Of a stretch of 64,000 nucleotides of DNA, positions 50,392-63,333 are shown piece by piece. Every line of letters begins with the position of its first letter. Position 1 is the stretch's first letter. The DNA lies in the NCBI RefSeq assembly GCF_048593235.1, contig NC_133622.1:252468055-252532054 (forward strand), read 5' to 3'. Under the pieces are notes generated by a model, which ran no database searches, was not told the DNA's origin, and was given only the letters and a program-made list of their open reading frames with translations. The translations under genes were made by a program, and so were the position numbers. The stretch comes from Sminthopsis crassicaudata (lineage: Eukaryota).

Positions 50392-53300
50392 TTACTCTTG
50401 GCCCCGGCTGCTTGCCAGGAGGCCCAGAGCACCTTGGGGAGGCCGGAGCTGCAGAGCTCCCTGGCTCCCCCCCACCTTGGTCTCAGGGAGAGGGTAGGGA
50501 GCCGGGCGGGTCCTGAGCGAGGCCCCCACATACAAGCCATGGTAGGAGACGGAGCGGTAGCCAGGGGGAGCCAGGAGGACCTCTGGGGCTAGGTGGGCAG
50601 CGCTGGATGTGGGGGCCCCCGAGAGCCCTTCGGACAGCATGGAGCCCGCTGGCTGGTGGTGGAGCTGGGGGCCGGTCCTGGAGACGGAGGCGGAGAGTTT
50701 GGGGCAGAAGCTCTGGCCGGCTTTGTCCAGCTCTGAGGAGGAGAGTTTCCCCGATGAGCCAAGTCGAAGCCTCTGGCCTCCATTTGGGCCTCAGCTCTCA
50801 GCCGGCACAGCCCAGTTCTGGCCCCAAACTCCCAGAGGAGGGAGCGAGTCCAGGGCACCCGGCTCCCCCGGGGACCCCTGACCTGCAGGGAAGCTCTGGG
50901 CCAAATGCAGACTCCTGGAAGCCTTGGCCCACGCTCTGAGACCGACTCCTCTGAGGCCTTAAAAAGACAGGGAGTCATCTACTCCGGCCTGAGGAGGAGG
51001 GGCAAGACTCAAAGTTTTCTGTCCCCCACCCTTCCTTCTTTCTCCCTCCCCTCCCCCCTCTCCAGTCAATCCCATCCCCACACCCTGACAGCCGTCTGGT
51101 ACCAAAGCCATCCCAGCCAGGATCTCAGAGCTGAGGACGGCACTGAGCATCCCCTCCACCTCAGGGACAGGTAGCCCCTTCTGCTTGGGGCAGCCCTGAC
51201 TGTCTGGAAGCCCGCACCTGCCTTCGTCTCTTCCCCCACGCCACAGCTCCAGCTTCTGCCCTGTGGAGCCCCGGGTATTGTCCTGGTCATTTTCAGGAGT
51301 GCCCGACTCTTTGTGATCCCCTCTGGGGTTCCTTGGCAGAGATGGTGCGCTGCTTGGCCATGTCCTTCTCCAGCCCATTTTACAGACTGGGGAGGGCTTG
51401 GAGTATCTAATCCCTGCCCTTTTATTTGCTACCTTTATGAGCGGGGACAAGTCACTTCTTCAATTTGGACCCGTAAAATGGTGGGGTCTGAACTGGGTAA
51501 TTCCTGAAGTCTATAACTGTATGATCCTGCACAAGTCATGTTGCCTGCCTCAGTCTGCTCATCCACAAAATGGGAATCAACTTTGCACAGCTGACCTTAT
51601 GGGATTGCAGTAAGATGCTTGGAGTTAGGCTGCTCTAGAAAGGGGCATGGGGCAGCAATGGTTGTTCTCTCTTTATTCTCACCTGGTGGCTACTCTCCTA
51701 GAATGGGTGTTCTGTGGACAATGGGGCTGGTCCAAAATGGCAGCCTGCCTTTGTGGGCAGAAGCTGGGGGGAGGTGTATTGCCAAGCCATCTCCCTTCCC
51801 GCTCCCTCATTGTCACGTGAAAATGGCTCCCCTAGGACATCAGCAAGGCACCTGCTGAGATCTTGTCCCCTCCGGGAGCTGCCTGTGGGGTTCAAGGCCG
51901 GGCCGTGGGCAGGGAGCAGAGCTGCACTCACAGACAAAATGAGGAGTAAATCTGTGCCTTTCTTAGCATCATGCTCTATACCCACTGAGCTAACCAGCCG
52001 CAGCGCCCCTGAATTCAGCCTTGCCCAGGCCTGGGAAGATCTGCAGCCCCTCCAAAGTCTGGAGCTCTGTCCCAGACCCCTCCTCTGCCCCCTGGAGAAG
52101 AGCGCCTTACCTAGCTTTTCCCGGTGCTGGTCCTTCAATGCCCGGCTGCTTTGGGGTATGGGGCTGAGCACAGGCCTCGGGACCCTAGGCCTGGGGGCAT
52201 CAACAAAGAGCACAGTGATTGCTTCAGAGGGGAGATGAGGGAAGGGGAGGGGTATGGGGTAGCTCATCTCTCCTGGGGAGGGCCCTGGGGGCTTGAGAGA
52301 CTAAGGGGTCCCAAGGCTGCACCCAAGGGTGCAGCTCAGTCAGAATCGGGGAGCCCCAAGTTGGGCCCCATGCCCCATGGAATCACGCTTTCATGAGCCA
52401 CCGAGCCCAGGGCCCTGGCAGATGTCTGCACGACTGATGCGTTTTTTACCAGGTGTCCGGGTCACACTCTCGGAAGCCTTTGGCAAAGGGGTTGCTGGCG
52501 ATCTTCAGCTGAGTGATCTGGGGAGAGATCAGTTCTGACTCAGGGTGGAGAAGGTGGGGTGGGATGAACCCTACTGGTCGTAGCACCCTTATGACCCCTC
52601 CCTGCCTTCCTCATGCTCCCTGAAGATTCCAGGGAGAAGCAGCACTGAGCTGACACCTTTGATCCTTTCCCCCCTAACCCTGACTGGATCCTTGTCCCCT
52701 CTGCCCTATTATCTACTCTTCTGCTACTATTCTATCTACTCTTTTAAGCACTTCTTTACTGCCATCTGAGACGCTGAGGCTGGGGGATGACCAAGTAGGG
52801 AATCTTACAGCGGGGGCAATGCTCCAGGGATCTGGGTTTGGTGCTGGTTTAATATTTTCACTAGTGACTACTCTGGTCCCAATGGGGTCTGAGTACATGC
52901 CCCATACTACTTTGATAAAAGCAGAGGCGATGGGCTTCTCTAATTTTCTGGGGTGTGCTCCATATTAAAGCAGAGATGGGGAGCTGATCCAATTTGTAGG
53001 TGATGCTGAATTAGGAGGAAGAGCTGAAACACTGAATGGCAGAGGCAGGATGGCAGCAGAATTCTAGATTTAGTGAAAAGTTGAAATCGACTAGGAACAA
53101 ATGTCAAGTCTCATGTGGGTTCAAATAATCAATGGCACAAGAGCAGGATGTGTTTGAAGATCTATAGATTCTGAGGACTGTGAGCTAGTGAGTGAAGAGA
53201 GAGCAGAGAACCCGGGTGGGTTTGCGGTAGCATCAAGAGGTGAATCCTGCTGCCCTCCGCCCTGCCCTTGGGTCCCTTCTACACCACCAGATGTAGCTCT

Positions 53301-56300
53301 GGGTGGTCCATCTTAGGAAGGGCTTCAGTAAAGAGAAACCCAGGTACTGGAAGGCCTTGATTTCATGCCGCCTGATTAGAGCAGATGGAAGAGTGCAGAT
53401 GAACGGCCTTCTGGGACTAGAGCAATCTGAGATCCCTTCCTTGGGCCTTGCACGTGCTGTGACTGCAGGGTCTTTCCCACCCGAAGCTTCTTTCCCTCCT
53501 GAAGACTGTTCTGGGTTTTAGAGGGGTGGATGGGCTTCCCAAAATGCCACTCCCCCCCTCTCAACCTCTCAGCTAGAGAGAGAGACAGCATCTACTGCGA
53601 TCCCCTCAACTTTCCAGATTGGAAACCAAAGCTCAGTTCAGGGACAAAGTCACACTGCCAGTAGTGGTTATAGCTCCCATTTCTGCAGTGTTTCAAGGTT
53701 TCCTTCCAATCGCCCTGAGGGATAGTATCATTATTCCCAATTTACCAAAAAAAGAAACTGAGGCTCAAGAAGCCCGGCTTGGGATCTGGTTTTCTTGAGC
53801 CAGCAAAGAAGGGTCCTGGGAGGGAAGGAGCTGAGACTTCTTGGACCCCTGCCCCCTCCCCCAGACTGCCAGCTTGCCCTCCCCCAGCCTGATGGCTGGC
53901 ACTCTCACCCTGTGGTTCTGGTAGGCTGTCACAGCTGTGAACTGAGTCTCCGAGAAGATGAAAGACTTGAAGTTTTCCTGAGCATAACGCTCGCTGTCCT
54001 TGCGGGGGTCCACAAACACCACGTGGAACCGGGGCTGGTAGCGATGCATGGAGTTAAGAATGATCTGGGGAGAGGCAAGCCGGGGGGAAGGCTGAGAAGG
54101 GCTGCTGACCGGTGGCTGGAGCAGCCCCGCAGCACCCCAGCAGGGACTCACCCTGGCTGGTGGGGGGAGGTCCAGGGAGTCTGGATCGCCCAGAGGAAGG
54201 GGCCCAGTGGTCCACCCTGGAAGAGGGCAGCAATGGGAGCCTGGAGGATGGGACCCAGAACCTCGAGGGCTGCCGGGCTGTGGGCCCTGCCTTCTCGGAC
54301 GGACAGTGCCCATCCCTGTGCCCATCGGAGAGCCCCAAACATAGCCCAATCCCAGTCCCTCAGGATTATCCAATCCAGGGGATGAAGTATTTGTATAGCG
54401 CCTGCCTCAGTGACCCCACGGTCAGGTGGCCAGTTAGAGGGAGCTTTGCTAGTTCTATTTTCCAGGGGAGAGAGGCATCAGGGTATAATAGAGAGAGCAG
54501 GGGGACCCGAGTTCAAATTTTCCCTCTGAAAGATCCCGGCTGTGTGACCCTGAGCTGGCTCTCCAATATTACACATTACTAATCGCCAGTCGGCACCAGG
54601 GAAGGGAACTTCCATTCTAGGATTTCCCTGCCAAGAAATCACAGGTCCAGTAAAAAGGGAATGATGGGGAAACCTCTGTTCTGAGAGAGAAGGAGCCTTG
54701 GACAACATCTATTTGACTCTCCCATTTTCCAGAGGAGAAACCGAGGCCAGAATGAGGAAGAACGCGTCTAAAATCCCACAGCTAGTGAAGATGAGGGCCG
54801 GAATTGAACCCAGGCTCTCGTGACTAAATCCGCAGTGCTCTCGGGTCCCTCCTGGCCTCCAGCTTCTGCCTCTCAGTCCCAGGGCTCTCGTGCCATCCTC
54901 AGCCCCCTTTGGGCTGGGCACCTGCCCTCATCCACCCGGCCCTTGAGCCCCACTCTCCCACCCAGCTTCCTCCGACCTCTGCTTTCTCCATCTCTCTCAC
55001 CTGGTGACTCCGTGCCCAGATCGGCTCCTATTTGCTGGTTCTGTCTGACCCAAGCATTCCCTGGCTCCCTCCTAGGTCCGACCCCCCCCCATCTCTCCTG
55101 CTTTGTCCCTACTCCTTGTCCCTTCCTCATAGGATCACCCAGTGCCCATCCCAGCTGTAAGGGGCAGGAGGCAAATGGGCTTGGCTCAGGGTGCCAGCCT
55201 GGAAGGGGCGTGAGTCCTGTCAGCTCTCGAGTGCCCCCTCCCCTGGAGGCTCATCTGCACCGAGCTATGCTGGCACCCTTGCCCATCACTCCCCCCAACC
55301 TTGCCTCCATCAATGGGCCCCATAATCCCATTGAACGGCCCATCCCCCCACCTCATAACTCCATGGAAGGGCCCATCCCCCCACTTTGTCCCATCGATGG
55401 GCCCATCCCCAGTCACCCATCCTTGCTCACGTGGCCGTTATCGTCCAGCAGATTGTTGGTGAGCTTCAGCTTGTCGAAGGAGACGATCTGGCGCATCCAC
55501 TGGGCGCCCTTGGCAGGGGAGTCTGGGTGGAAGTGCAGCCTGCCCGGTGTGGCCGGGTCCGCCTTGCCGGCCGCCAGCCACGTGGAGCTGTGGAAGGCGT
55601 ACCTGGGGGGCAGAGGGGCAGGGGGCATGGAGCGGCCCCAGCCCCGGCCTCCAGCTCGCTCCTGTATAGGAGGCTACCTGCTCCCTCCCCCCCAACTCAG
55701 GAGGCCCTGCTCTCCCCTCCTCCCTGGAGGGCTGCTGGAGTGTGAAGAGCAGCAGACAACAAGCAGAAGGCACGGGTTCGAATTCTGCTTCCCTCCTGAC
55801 TCTTGGGGTGGGCCTGGCCAAGTTTCCTTCCTGTCTCTGAACCAGTTTCCTCCTCTGAAAGATGGAGACAGGTTCTCTCTGCTCCTTTCCAGCTCAGGAT
55901 GGTTCTAGAACTGGAAGGGACTTCGGAGAGCGCTGTGTCCAACCCTTCTCATTTGACAGATGGGGAAACTGAGGCACAGGGAAGTTAGGCTTTTGCAATT
56001 ATAACTCCTGGGCTTGGTACATCCAAGTACCTGGCAAGTGATTTTACTCATTCACTCACTGATGCTTTCTTTCATTCATTCGATAGAGATTACAGACCCC
56101 ATGCCATGGTGGGGAAAATGGAGCTGAAGGCATTTGGATCAGCCTTGGCTACTGGCTGTGTGTCTGTAGAGAAGTTACCAGCCCTCTCTGAGCCTCAGAT
56201 TCTCATCTATAAGGTGGATCCACTCCCGAGGGCACAGTGCTACTTTGGAGAAAGAAATGGGGGCTGTGGTTATCGCCCCGAGTCCCGCCCTGAAACTTCT

Positions 56301-57162
56301 TGACTTTGGGCACGCTGCTCCCCTTCCTGAGCCTCAGTTTACACCGTTGAAAAGGGAGGGAGCTGCTGGTTCAGTTGTAGAACTTAGAGCTGGAAGGAAT
56401 GCTACAGAAAAGGAGACTGAGGCACAGAATCTAAGCGTCAGCAGGACCCGCTCCTAATCCGGCCCACCCCCGAGTAAGAGTCCTCTGTCCAGAATGCCCT
56501 CGGCCGGGAAGCTTCAGCCAGCCTCTCCGGGGCAGCTCCTGCTTCCCAAGGGAGGCCGACCTGCTCCCGGGCAGCTCTCCCGGACCAAGCTGTCCCCCAC
56601 TTTGAGCCGGACCCCCCCGGTTCCGCCCTCGGGCCTAGCGGGCCAAGGCTGCTCCCTTCCCCCCCCAGCCGTGCTCAAGCCCCGCCCCTCCCCCGGGATT
56701 TGAACCCTTCACTTCCGACCCCCTCGTCCCCCTCCCGCCGCCTGCCTTCCCACCTGTACCGCTTGTCGTCCAGGGGGATGAAGTCCATGAGCAGGGCGTA
56801 GTCCGCCAGGGAGTCCATGCCCAGGATCTTCACCTGAAAGGTGGGGAACATCCTCCTGCCGGGAGCCAGGGGAGCGTCACCCCAGGCCCCGGCAGGGCCC
56901 GCGCCCCCCGCCCCTCCCCCACAGCACCTTCCTGCCTTGGTGACGATCATCTCGGTGCCCAGCTGGTTGAACTCCTCCCACAGACTTTTCATCTCCAGCT
57001 GGACCGTCACGTTGGACACGTGGGGGTTCTTCCAGCCCGGCCGCGGAGGGGCCGCCTCCGGGCCGCACCCCGCGGAGGGCCCCGGCCCCGCTGCCCACTC
57101 GGGACTGGCCAGCGGGTAAGCCTCGGAGGGCGTCAGCATGCTGAGGCTGGCCGAGATGAAGG
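50392..57162 (-). CDS. TBX10: T-box transcription factor TBX10, coding exons 2-8 (exon 1 not located)
   Basis: Exons 57162-56928, 56855-56754, 55602-55431, 54064-53909, 52517-52450, 52190-52111, 50732-50392, with compatible phases. T-box [23 protein letters not shown]…[16 protein letters not shown]; C-terminal PEVLLAP…[10 protein letters not shown]. Confidence 0.95.
55290..55420. repeat. Degenerate GGGCCCATCCCC tandem repeat next to the TBX10 exon-4 donor
   Basis: Four similar modules about 30-35 bp long. Confidence 0.6.
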
Positions 57163-57299
57163 CTGCGGGAGACACGAGACAGGGCGGCCCTTCCATCCTC
57201 AGCCGGCCAGGAGCGCCTGGTCCGGTCATCTGAGGTGGCCGGGGACAAGGCGCTCTCCAAGGTTCCGTTCTAAATGCTTTGTGGACGGGGGATGGGGAG

Positions 57300-59815
57300 G
57301 GAGAGAGAGACAGAGACAGAGAGATAACAGAGAGGGAGATAACCCAGATAACAAATGGATAACAGATTCCACAGAGATAGAGAGATAACAGAGAGGGAGA
57401 TAACCCAGATAACAAAGAGATAACAGAGATTCCACAGAGATAGAGAGATAACAGAGAGGGAGATAACCCAGATAACAAAGAGATAACAGAGATTCCACAG
57501 AGATAGAGAGATAACAGAGAGGGAGATAACCCAGATAACAAAGATAACAGATTCCACAGAGATAGAGAGATAACAGAGAGGGATATAACCCAGATAACAA
57601 AGAGATGACAGAGATTCCACAGAGATAGAGAGATAACAGAGAGGGAGATAACCCAGATAACAAAGAGATAACAGAGATTCCACAGAGATAGAGAGATAAC
57701 AGAGAGGGAGATAACCCAGATAACAAAGAGATAACATTCCACAGAGATAGAGAGATAACAGAGAGGGAGATAACCCAGATAACAAAAAGATGACAGAGAT
57801 TCCACAGAGATAGAGAGAGATAACACAGATAACAAAGAGATAACAGAGATTCCACAGAGATAGAGAGATAACAGAGAGGGAGATAACCCAGATAACAAAG
57901 AGATGACAGAGATTCCACAGAGATAGAGAGATAACAGAGAGGGAGATAACCCAGATAACAAAGAGATAACAGAGATTCCACAGAGATAGAGAGATAACAG
58001 AGAGGGAGATAACCCAGATAACAAAGAGATAACATTCCACAGAGATAGAGAGATAACAGAGAGGGAGATAACCCAGATAACAAAAAGATGACAGAGATTC
58101 CACAGAGATAGAGAGAGATAACACAGATAACAAAGAGATAACAGAGATTCCACAGAGATAGAGAGATAACAGAGAGGGAGATAACCCAGATAACAAAGAT
58201 AACAGATTCCACAGAGATAGAGAGATAACAGAGAGGGATATAACCCAGATAACAAAGAGATGACAGAGATTCCACAGAGATAGAGAGAGATAACACAGAT
58301 AACAAAGAGATAACAGAGATTCCACAGAGATAGAGAGATAACAGAGAGGGAGATAACCCAGATAACAAAGAGATAACAGATTCCACAGAGATAAAGAGAG
58401 ATAACACAGATAACAAAGAGATAACAGAGATTCCACAGAGATAGAGAGATAACAGAGAGAGATAACACAGATAACAAAGAGATAACAGAGATTCCACAGA
58501 GATAGAGAGATAACAGAGAGATAACACAGATAACAAATAGATAACAGAGATTCCACAGAGATAGAGAGATAACAGAGAGGGAGATAACCCAGATAACAAA
58601 GAGATGACAAAGATTCCACAGAGATAGAGAGATAACAGAGAGGGAGATAACCCAGATAACAAAGAGATGACAGAGATTCCACAGAGATAGATAACAGAGA
58701 TCCCACAGAGATAGAGAGATAACAGAGAAGGAGATAACACAGATAACAAAGAGATAACAGAGATTCCACAGAGATAGAGAGATAACAGAGGGGGAGATAA
58801 AACAGATAACAAAGAGATAACACAGATTCCACAGAGATAGAGGGAGATAACCCAGATAACAAAGAGATAACAGAGATTCCACAGAGATAGAGAGATAACA
58901 GAGAGGTAGATAACCCAGATAACAAAGAGATAACAGATTCCACAGAGACAGAGAGATAACAGAGAGGGAGATGACCCAGATAACAAATGGATAACAGATT
59001 CCACAGAGACAGAGAGATAACAGAGAAGGAGATAACCCAGATAACAAAGAGATAACAGAGATTCCACAGAGATAGAGAGATAACAGAGGGGGAGATAAAA
59101 CAGATAACAAAGAGATGACAGAGATTCCACAGAGATAGAGATAACACAGATAACAAAGAGATAACAGAGATTCCACAGAGATAGAGAGATAACAGAGAGG
59201 GAGATAACATAGATAACATAGATAACAGATTCCACAGAGATAGAGAGATAACACAGATAACAAAGAGATAACAGAGATTCCACAGAGATAGAGAGATAAC
59301 AGAGAGGGAGATAACCCAGATAACAAAGAGATAACAGAGATTCCACAGAGATAGAGAGATAACAGAGGGGGAGATAAAACAGATAACAAAGAGATGACAG
59401 AGATTCCACAGAGATAGAGAGAGATAACACAGATAACAAAGAGATAACAGAGATTCCACAGAGATAGAGAGATAACAGAAAGGGAGATAACATAGATAAC
59501 AGATTCCACAGAGATAGAGAGATAAAACAGATAACAAAGAGATGACAGAGATTCCACAGAGATAGAGAGATAACAGAGAGGGAGATAACCCAAATAACAA
59601 AGAGATAACAGAGATTCCACAGAGATAGAGAGATAACAGAGAGGGAGATAACACAGATAACAAAGAGATAATAGAGATTCCACAGAGATAGAGAGATAAC
59701 AGAGAGGGAGATAACCCAGATAACAAAGACAACAGATTCCACAGAGACAGAGAGATAACAGAGAGGGAGATAACACCGATAACAAAGAGATAACAGAGAT
59801 TCCAGAGATAGAGAG
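57300..59815. repeat. GATA-rich tandem array, monomers 63/59/50 bp with local 298-bp higher-order repeat
   Basis: ATTCCAC anchors at 57366, 57429, 57492, 57551, 57614, 57677, 57736, 57799, 57849, 57912, 57975, 58034, 58097, 58147 and onward. Confidence 0.95.
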
Positions 59816-61060
59816 ATAATGGAAAGATAAGAGATAACATCAGACATAACAAGATAGGGAGATAAGATAACAGGGGGACAAAGAGATAACAGAAACAGGG
59901 AGATACAGGTAATAGAGACAGGGAGATAACAGAGAGATTAGAGAGATGCCAGAAATAGGGAGATAACAAAGAGATAATGAAGGGATAACAGAAATAGGGA
60001 GATATCAGAGATAAGAGATAAAGAGATAACAGAAATTGGGATATAGACACAAGCAACAGAGATAACAAGAAAGAGTAGAGAGATCAGAGGGATAACAGAA
60101 ATAGGAAGATAATAGAGATATCAGAAAGACAATAGAGATAACAGAGATAGGGAGATAAACATAACAAATAGGGGGATACAGAGAGAACTGAGGCAGGTAG
60201 ATAACAGAAACAACACAGAGATAACAGAGAGGGGGGGAAGGGGGGAGACCAGAGAGGACAAACAATAAGTGTGAGAGTGTTTTTTTTTTTTTGTTTTTGT
60301 TTTTGTTTTTTTTTGTTGTTGTTTTAATAATTCTCAGCTCCCTTCCTCACACTTAATTTCTGGATGCATCATGTGATGCACATGGATAACTGGATAACAC
60401 AGGGAGAAAAAGAGATAACAGAACCGGGAGATAGAGATAACTGAGAGATTAAAGAGAACAGAGGTCAGAGAAATAACACAAAAAGGGAGAAAAAATAAGA
60501 GAGAACAGAAATAGGGAGATACACACAGATAACTGAGAGATTAAAGAGAACAGATCAGAAAGATAATAGACATAACACAGAGAGAGGGAGATAACAAAGA
60601 TAATAGAAATAGGGAGATAAAGATAACAAGTGGGGAGATAGAGATTACAGAAGTGGGTAGATAACAGAACACTGAGATAACAGATAGGGAGACACAGATA
60701 ACAGAGACAGGGAGATAACAAGACAGAATAGAGAGATCAGAGAGATAAAAGAAATGGGCAGATAACAGAGATCAGAAAGATAATATCTATAACAGAGATA
60801 GGGAGATAACATAGAGATTAGAGAGATAAAAGAAATGGGGAGAAAACAGAAATGGGAGAGATAACAGGAGATTTAAGAGATAATAGAAATAGGGAGATAC
60901 ACATAGGTAACAAAAATAAGGAGATAAGAGAGACCAGAGAGATAACAGAAATCAGGAGATACTGAAAGAACAAGTAGATAAAGAAAGAGGCAAGTAGATA
61001 AAAGAGACAGCACAGAGATAACAGAGATAGGGAGACACACAGAGAGCCAGAGAGGGAGGG
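59815..61060. repeat. Older, degenerate GAGATAACAGA-type low-complexity repeat
   Basis: Same submotif as the array but without regular periodicity. Confidence 0.8.
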
Positions 61061-61992
61061 TTTTCTTTGAGATCATTCTCAGCTTCCTTCCTCACACTTC
61101 TCTCTGGATGGTGTGAATTTCTCATTTGCTTTTCACACCCCTGGGAGGCCGCTTGATAATAGTTAACATTTCAGTGAAACATTACCAAAATACTTCAGCC
61201 GAAGGGGACGGAGACAAGTAGCCAGTGTTGTATTAAACTTAATCGATAACCCAGCACCCCGGCTTCCTGGCCCGTCAGAGCTCCTGCTCCACCGTGCCGT
61301 CCCTGAGATGCCTAGGAATCTCGCCCCAATCTGTTCTACAATTATGAACCAAACTGTGGTTTTTGTGATGATTGTTTATTACAGAACTTAGATGTTATTG
61401 TGATGGATGACCATTTCAAGGAGCCACATTCTGTCACTGTTAATGGAAGTTGACATCTTGCTGGGACTTGGCAGATCTCCCAAGGCCCTTCCCCTTCCCC
61501 TCCCCTGTGGATATCTGGACAAGAGAGGGCCAGGGTAGAATCCCACGGGATGTGCGGGTGTGGATGGCTAACTTCTGCACTGGATGCTGCACAGCAGGAG
61601 ACCCCTGGTCAGTCAAGTGCTTTAGGAGGTCTTTGAGCAGAGGCTGGATGTTCTCTGGATGGAAATGCCTTTTGGATTGGCTCTGCGATCTAAGAACCTG
61701 GGTTCAAAAATCCTCCTCCTCTTTGCACGGCCTGTTCCCCATGCCTGGAACTCCCTCTCTCCTCAGTTTTGCTTGTGGAACTCCCCAGTTTCATTCGGGA
61801 TGGAACCCAAGCACTTTGCTCCATCACAACAGAATTCTTGCCTGGTCCCTGACTTCTCCCCTCTCCCCTCTCCTCTCCAAAACCCCATACATTCACATTG
61901 AATAGAATACAAGTGCGTGGACCTGTTGTCTTCCCCAACAGAATGTAAGCTCCTTGTGGGCAGGTATTGCTTCTTACAGATCATGAGAAGCA

Positions 61993-61995
<3 letters not shown>

Positions 61996-62033
<38 letters not shown>
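61996..62033. repeat. (CA)n microsatellite
   Basis: Direct inspection. Confidence 0.95.
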
Positions 62034-62037
<4 letters not shown>

Positions 62038-62887
62038 CCCACCAGCTGACTCTGGAGTCATTCACATCTTGGACCCCGAGAGATAAAGTGTACTGTGGAA
62101 TCCAACCCTTCCCAGAACAGCCAGCCCGTCCTTAGTGGGCCCAGAGGGAGGCCTAGAAAGGTTTTATACTTAGGAGGGCAAAGGGAGCTGAACCTTTTTT
62201 CCAACGCCCCCCATGCGGGTTCAGCAGAGCCCAGATCCCTTTGACTGATTAGGTCAGTCATGAGAAAGCACCCATGGGAATTAGTAGAGTTCCTTTGGTG
62301 TCAGAGGCATCCTCCATCATCAGGCCTCTGTGAGTGTCACTAGGCCCTCCCATCATGCTCCATCTGGGCCAGCTTGCCTCAGCCCTCTCCACCTCTCGAC
62401 CTCCTGCTCCTTCCTCCAGGATCACCCCAGGTCCCAACTCCTCACTGACCTGCTCTGAGGTCTCCCAAGATTTTAAAGCTCCCATTCCTTCCTTGCCAGG
62501 CTAACTTACATTTCAAAGAGTGGGAGCTGAGGGCACGGGCTATTTTGCTTCTGTCTCTGTGTTTCCATCTACAATGGGGAAGTGACTGAAGTCACTTAAT
62601 GAAGCTTCTCTGAGGTACCCACTGTTGGACTGGCCAAAGGGAAACGTACAAAGATACAAGGCTTGCCCTCATGATGCTGAAGGTCTGGAGGGGGATAAAA
62701 AGACTTAGGATGAGCCAGAATCAGCCAATCAGTCAACAAACATTTACTAAGCCATAAACAAATATTTATTAAGGCACTGTTCTAAACTACGGGGAAACAA
62801 AAAGAGACAAAGAAAATCCTTGTCCTCAAGGAGCTTACAATCCAATGGAAAGAGTTCATAATCTAATGGTTATCTGGTGAGTAGGAA

Positions 62888-63333
62888 GTCCCTACTGTGT
62901 GCTGGGCACTGGTTTTACCCCAGTAAAATAAGACATAAATCCTGCTGGGCACTGGTTTTACCCCAGTAAAATAAGACATGAAGTCCTGCTGGGCACTGGT
63001 TTTACCCCAGTAAAATAAGACATAAGTCCCTACTGTGTGCTGGGCACTGGTTTTACCCCAGTAAAATAAGACATAAGTCCCTACTGTGTGCTGGGCACTG
63101 GTTTTACCCCAGTAAAATAAGACATAAGTCCCTACTGTGTGCTGGGCACTGGTTTTACCCCAGGAAAATAAGACATGAAGTCCCTACTGTGTGCTGGGCA
63201 CTGGTTTTACCCCAGGGAAATAAGATATGAAGTCCCTACTGTGTGCTGGGCACTGGTTTTACCCCAGGAAAATAAGACATGGAGTCCCTACTGTGTGCTG
63301 GGCACTGGTTTTACCCCAATAAAATAAGACATT
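62888..63333. repeat. About 51-bp minisatellite, 9 units (two shortened)
   Basis: Unit gtccctactgtgtgctgggcactggttttaccccagtaaaataagacataa. Confidence 0.92.

Noticed and set aside
50733-50882. Alternative TBX10 last-exon acceptor at 50883-50884
   Set aside because: In the required phase it hits TGA at 50791-50793. The acceptor at 50733-50734 restores homology to the human C-terminus.
56675-60068. 873-1036-aa ORFs as a novel membrane or Cys-rich protein gene
   Set aside because: They are translations of a tandem repeat whose composition excludes stop codons in all three minus frames. Kept only as a low-priority finding.
62888-63333. CRISPR-like array
   Set aside because: The units are head-to-tail with no unique spacers, there are no cas genes, and the context is mammalian.
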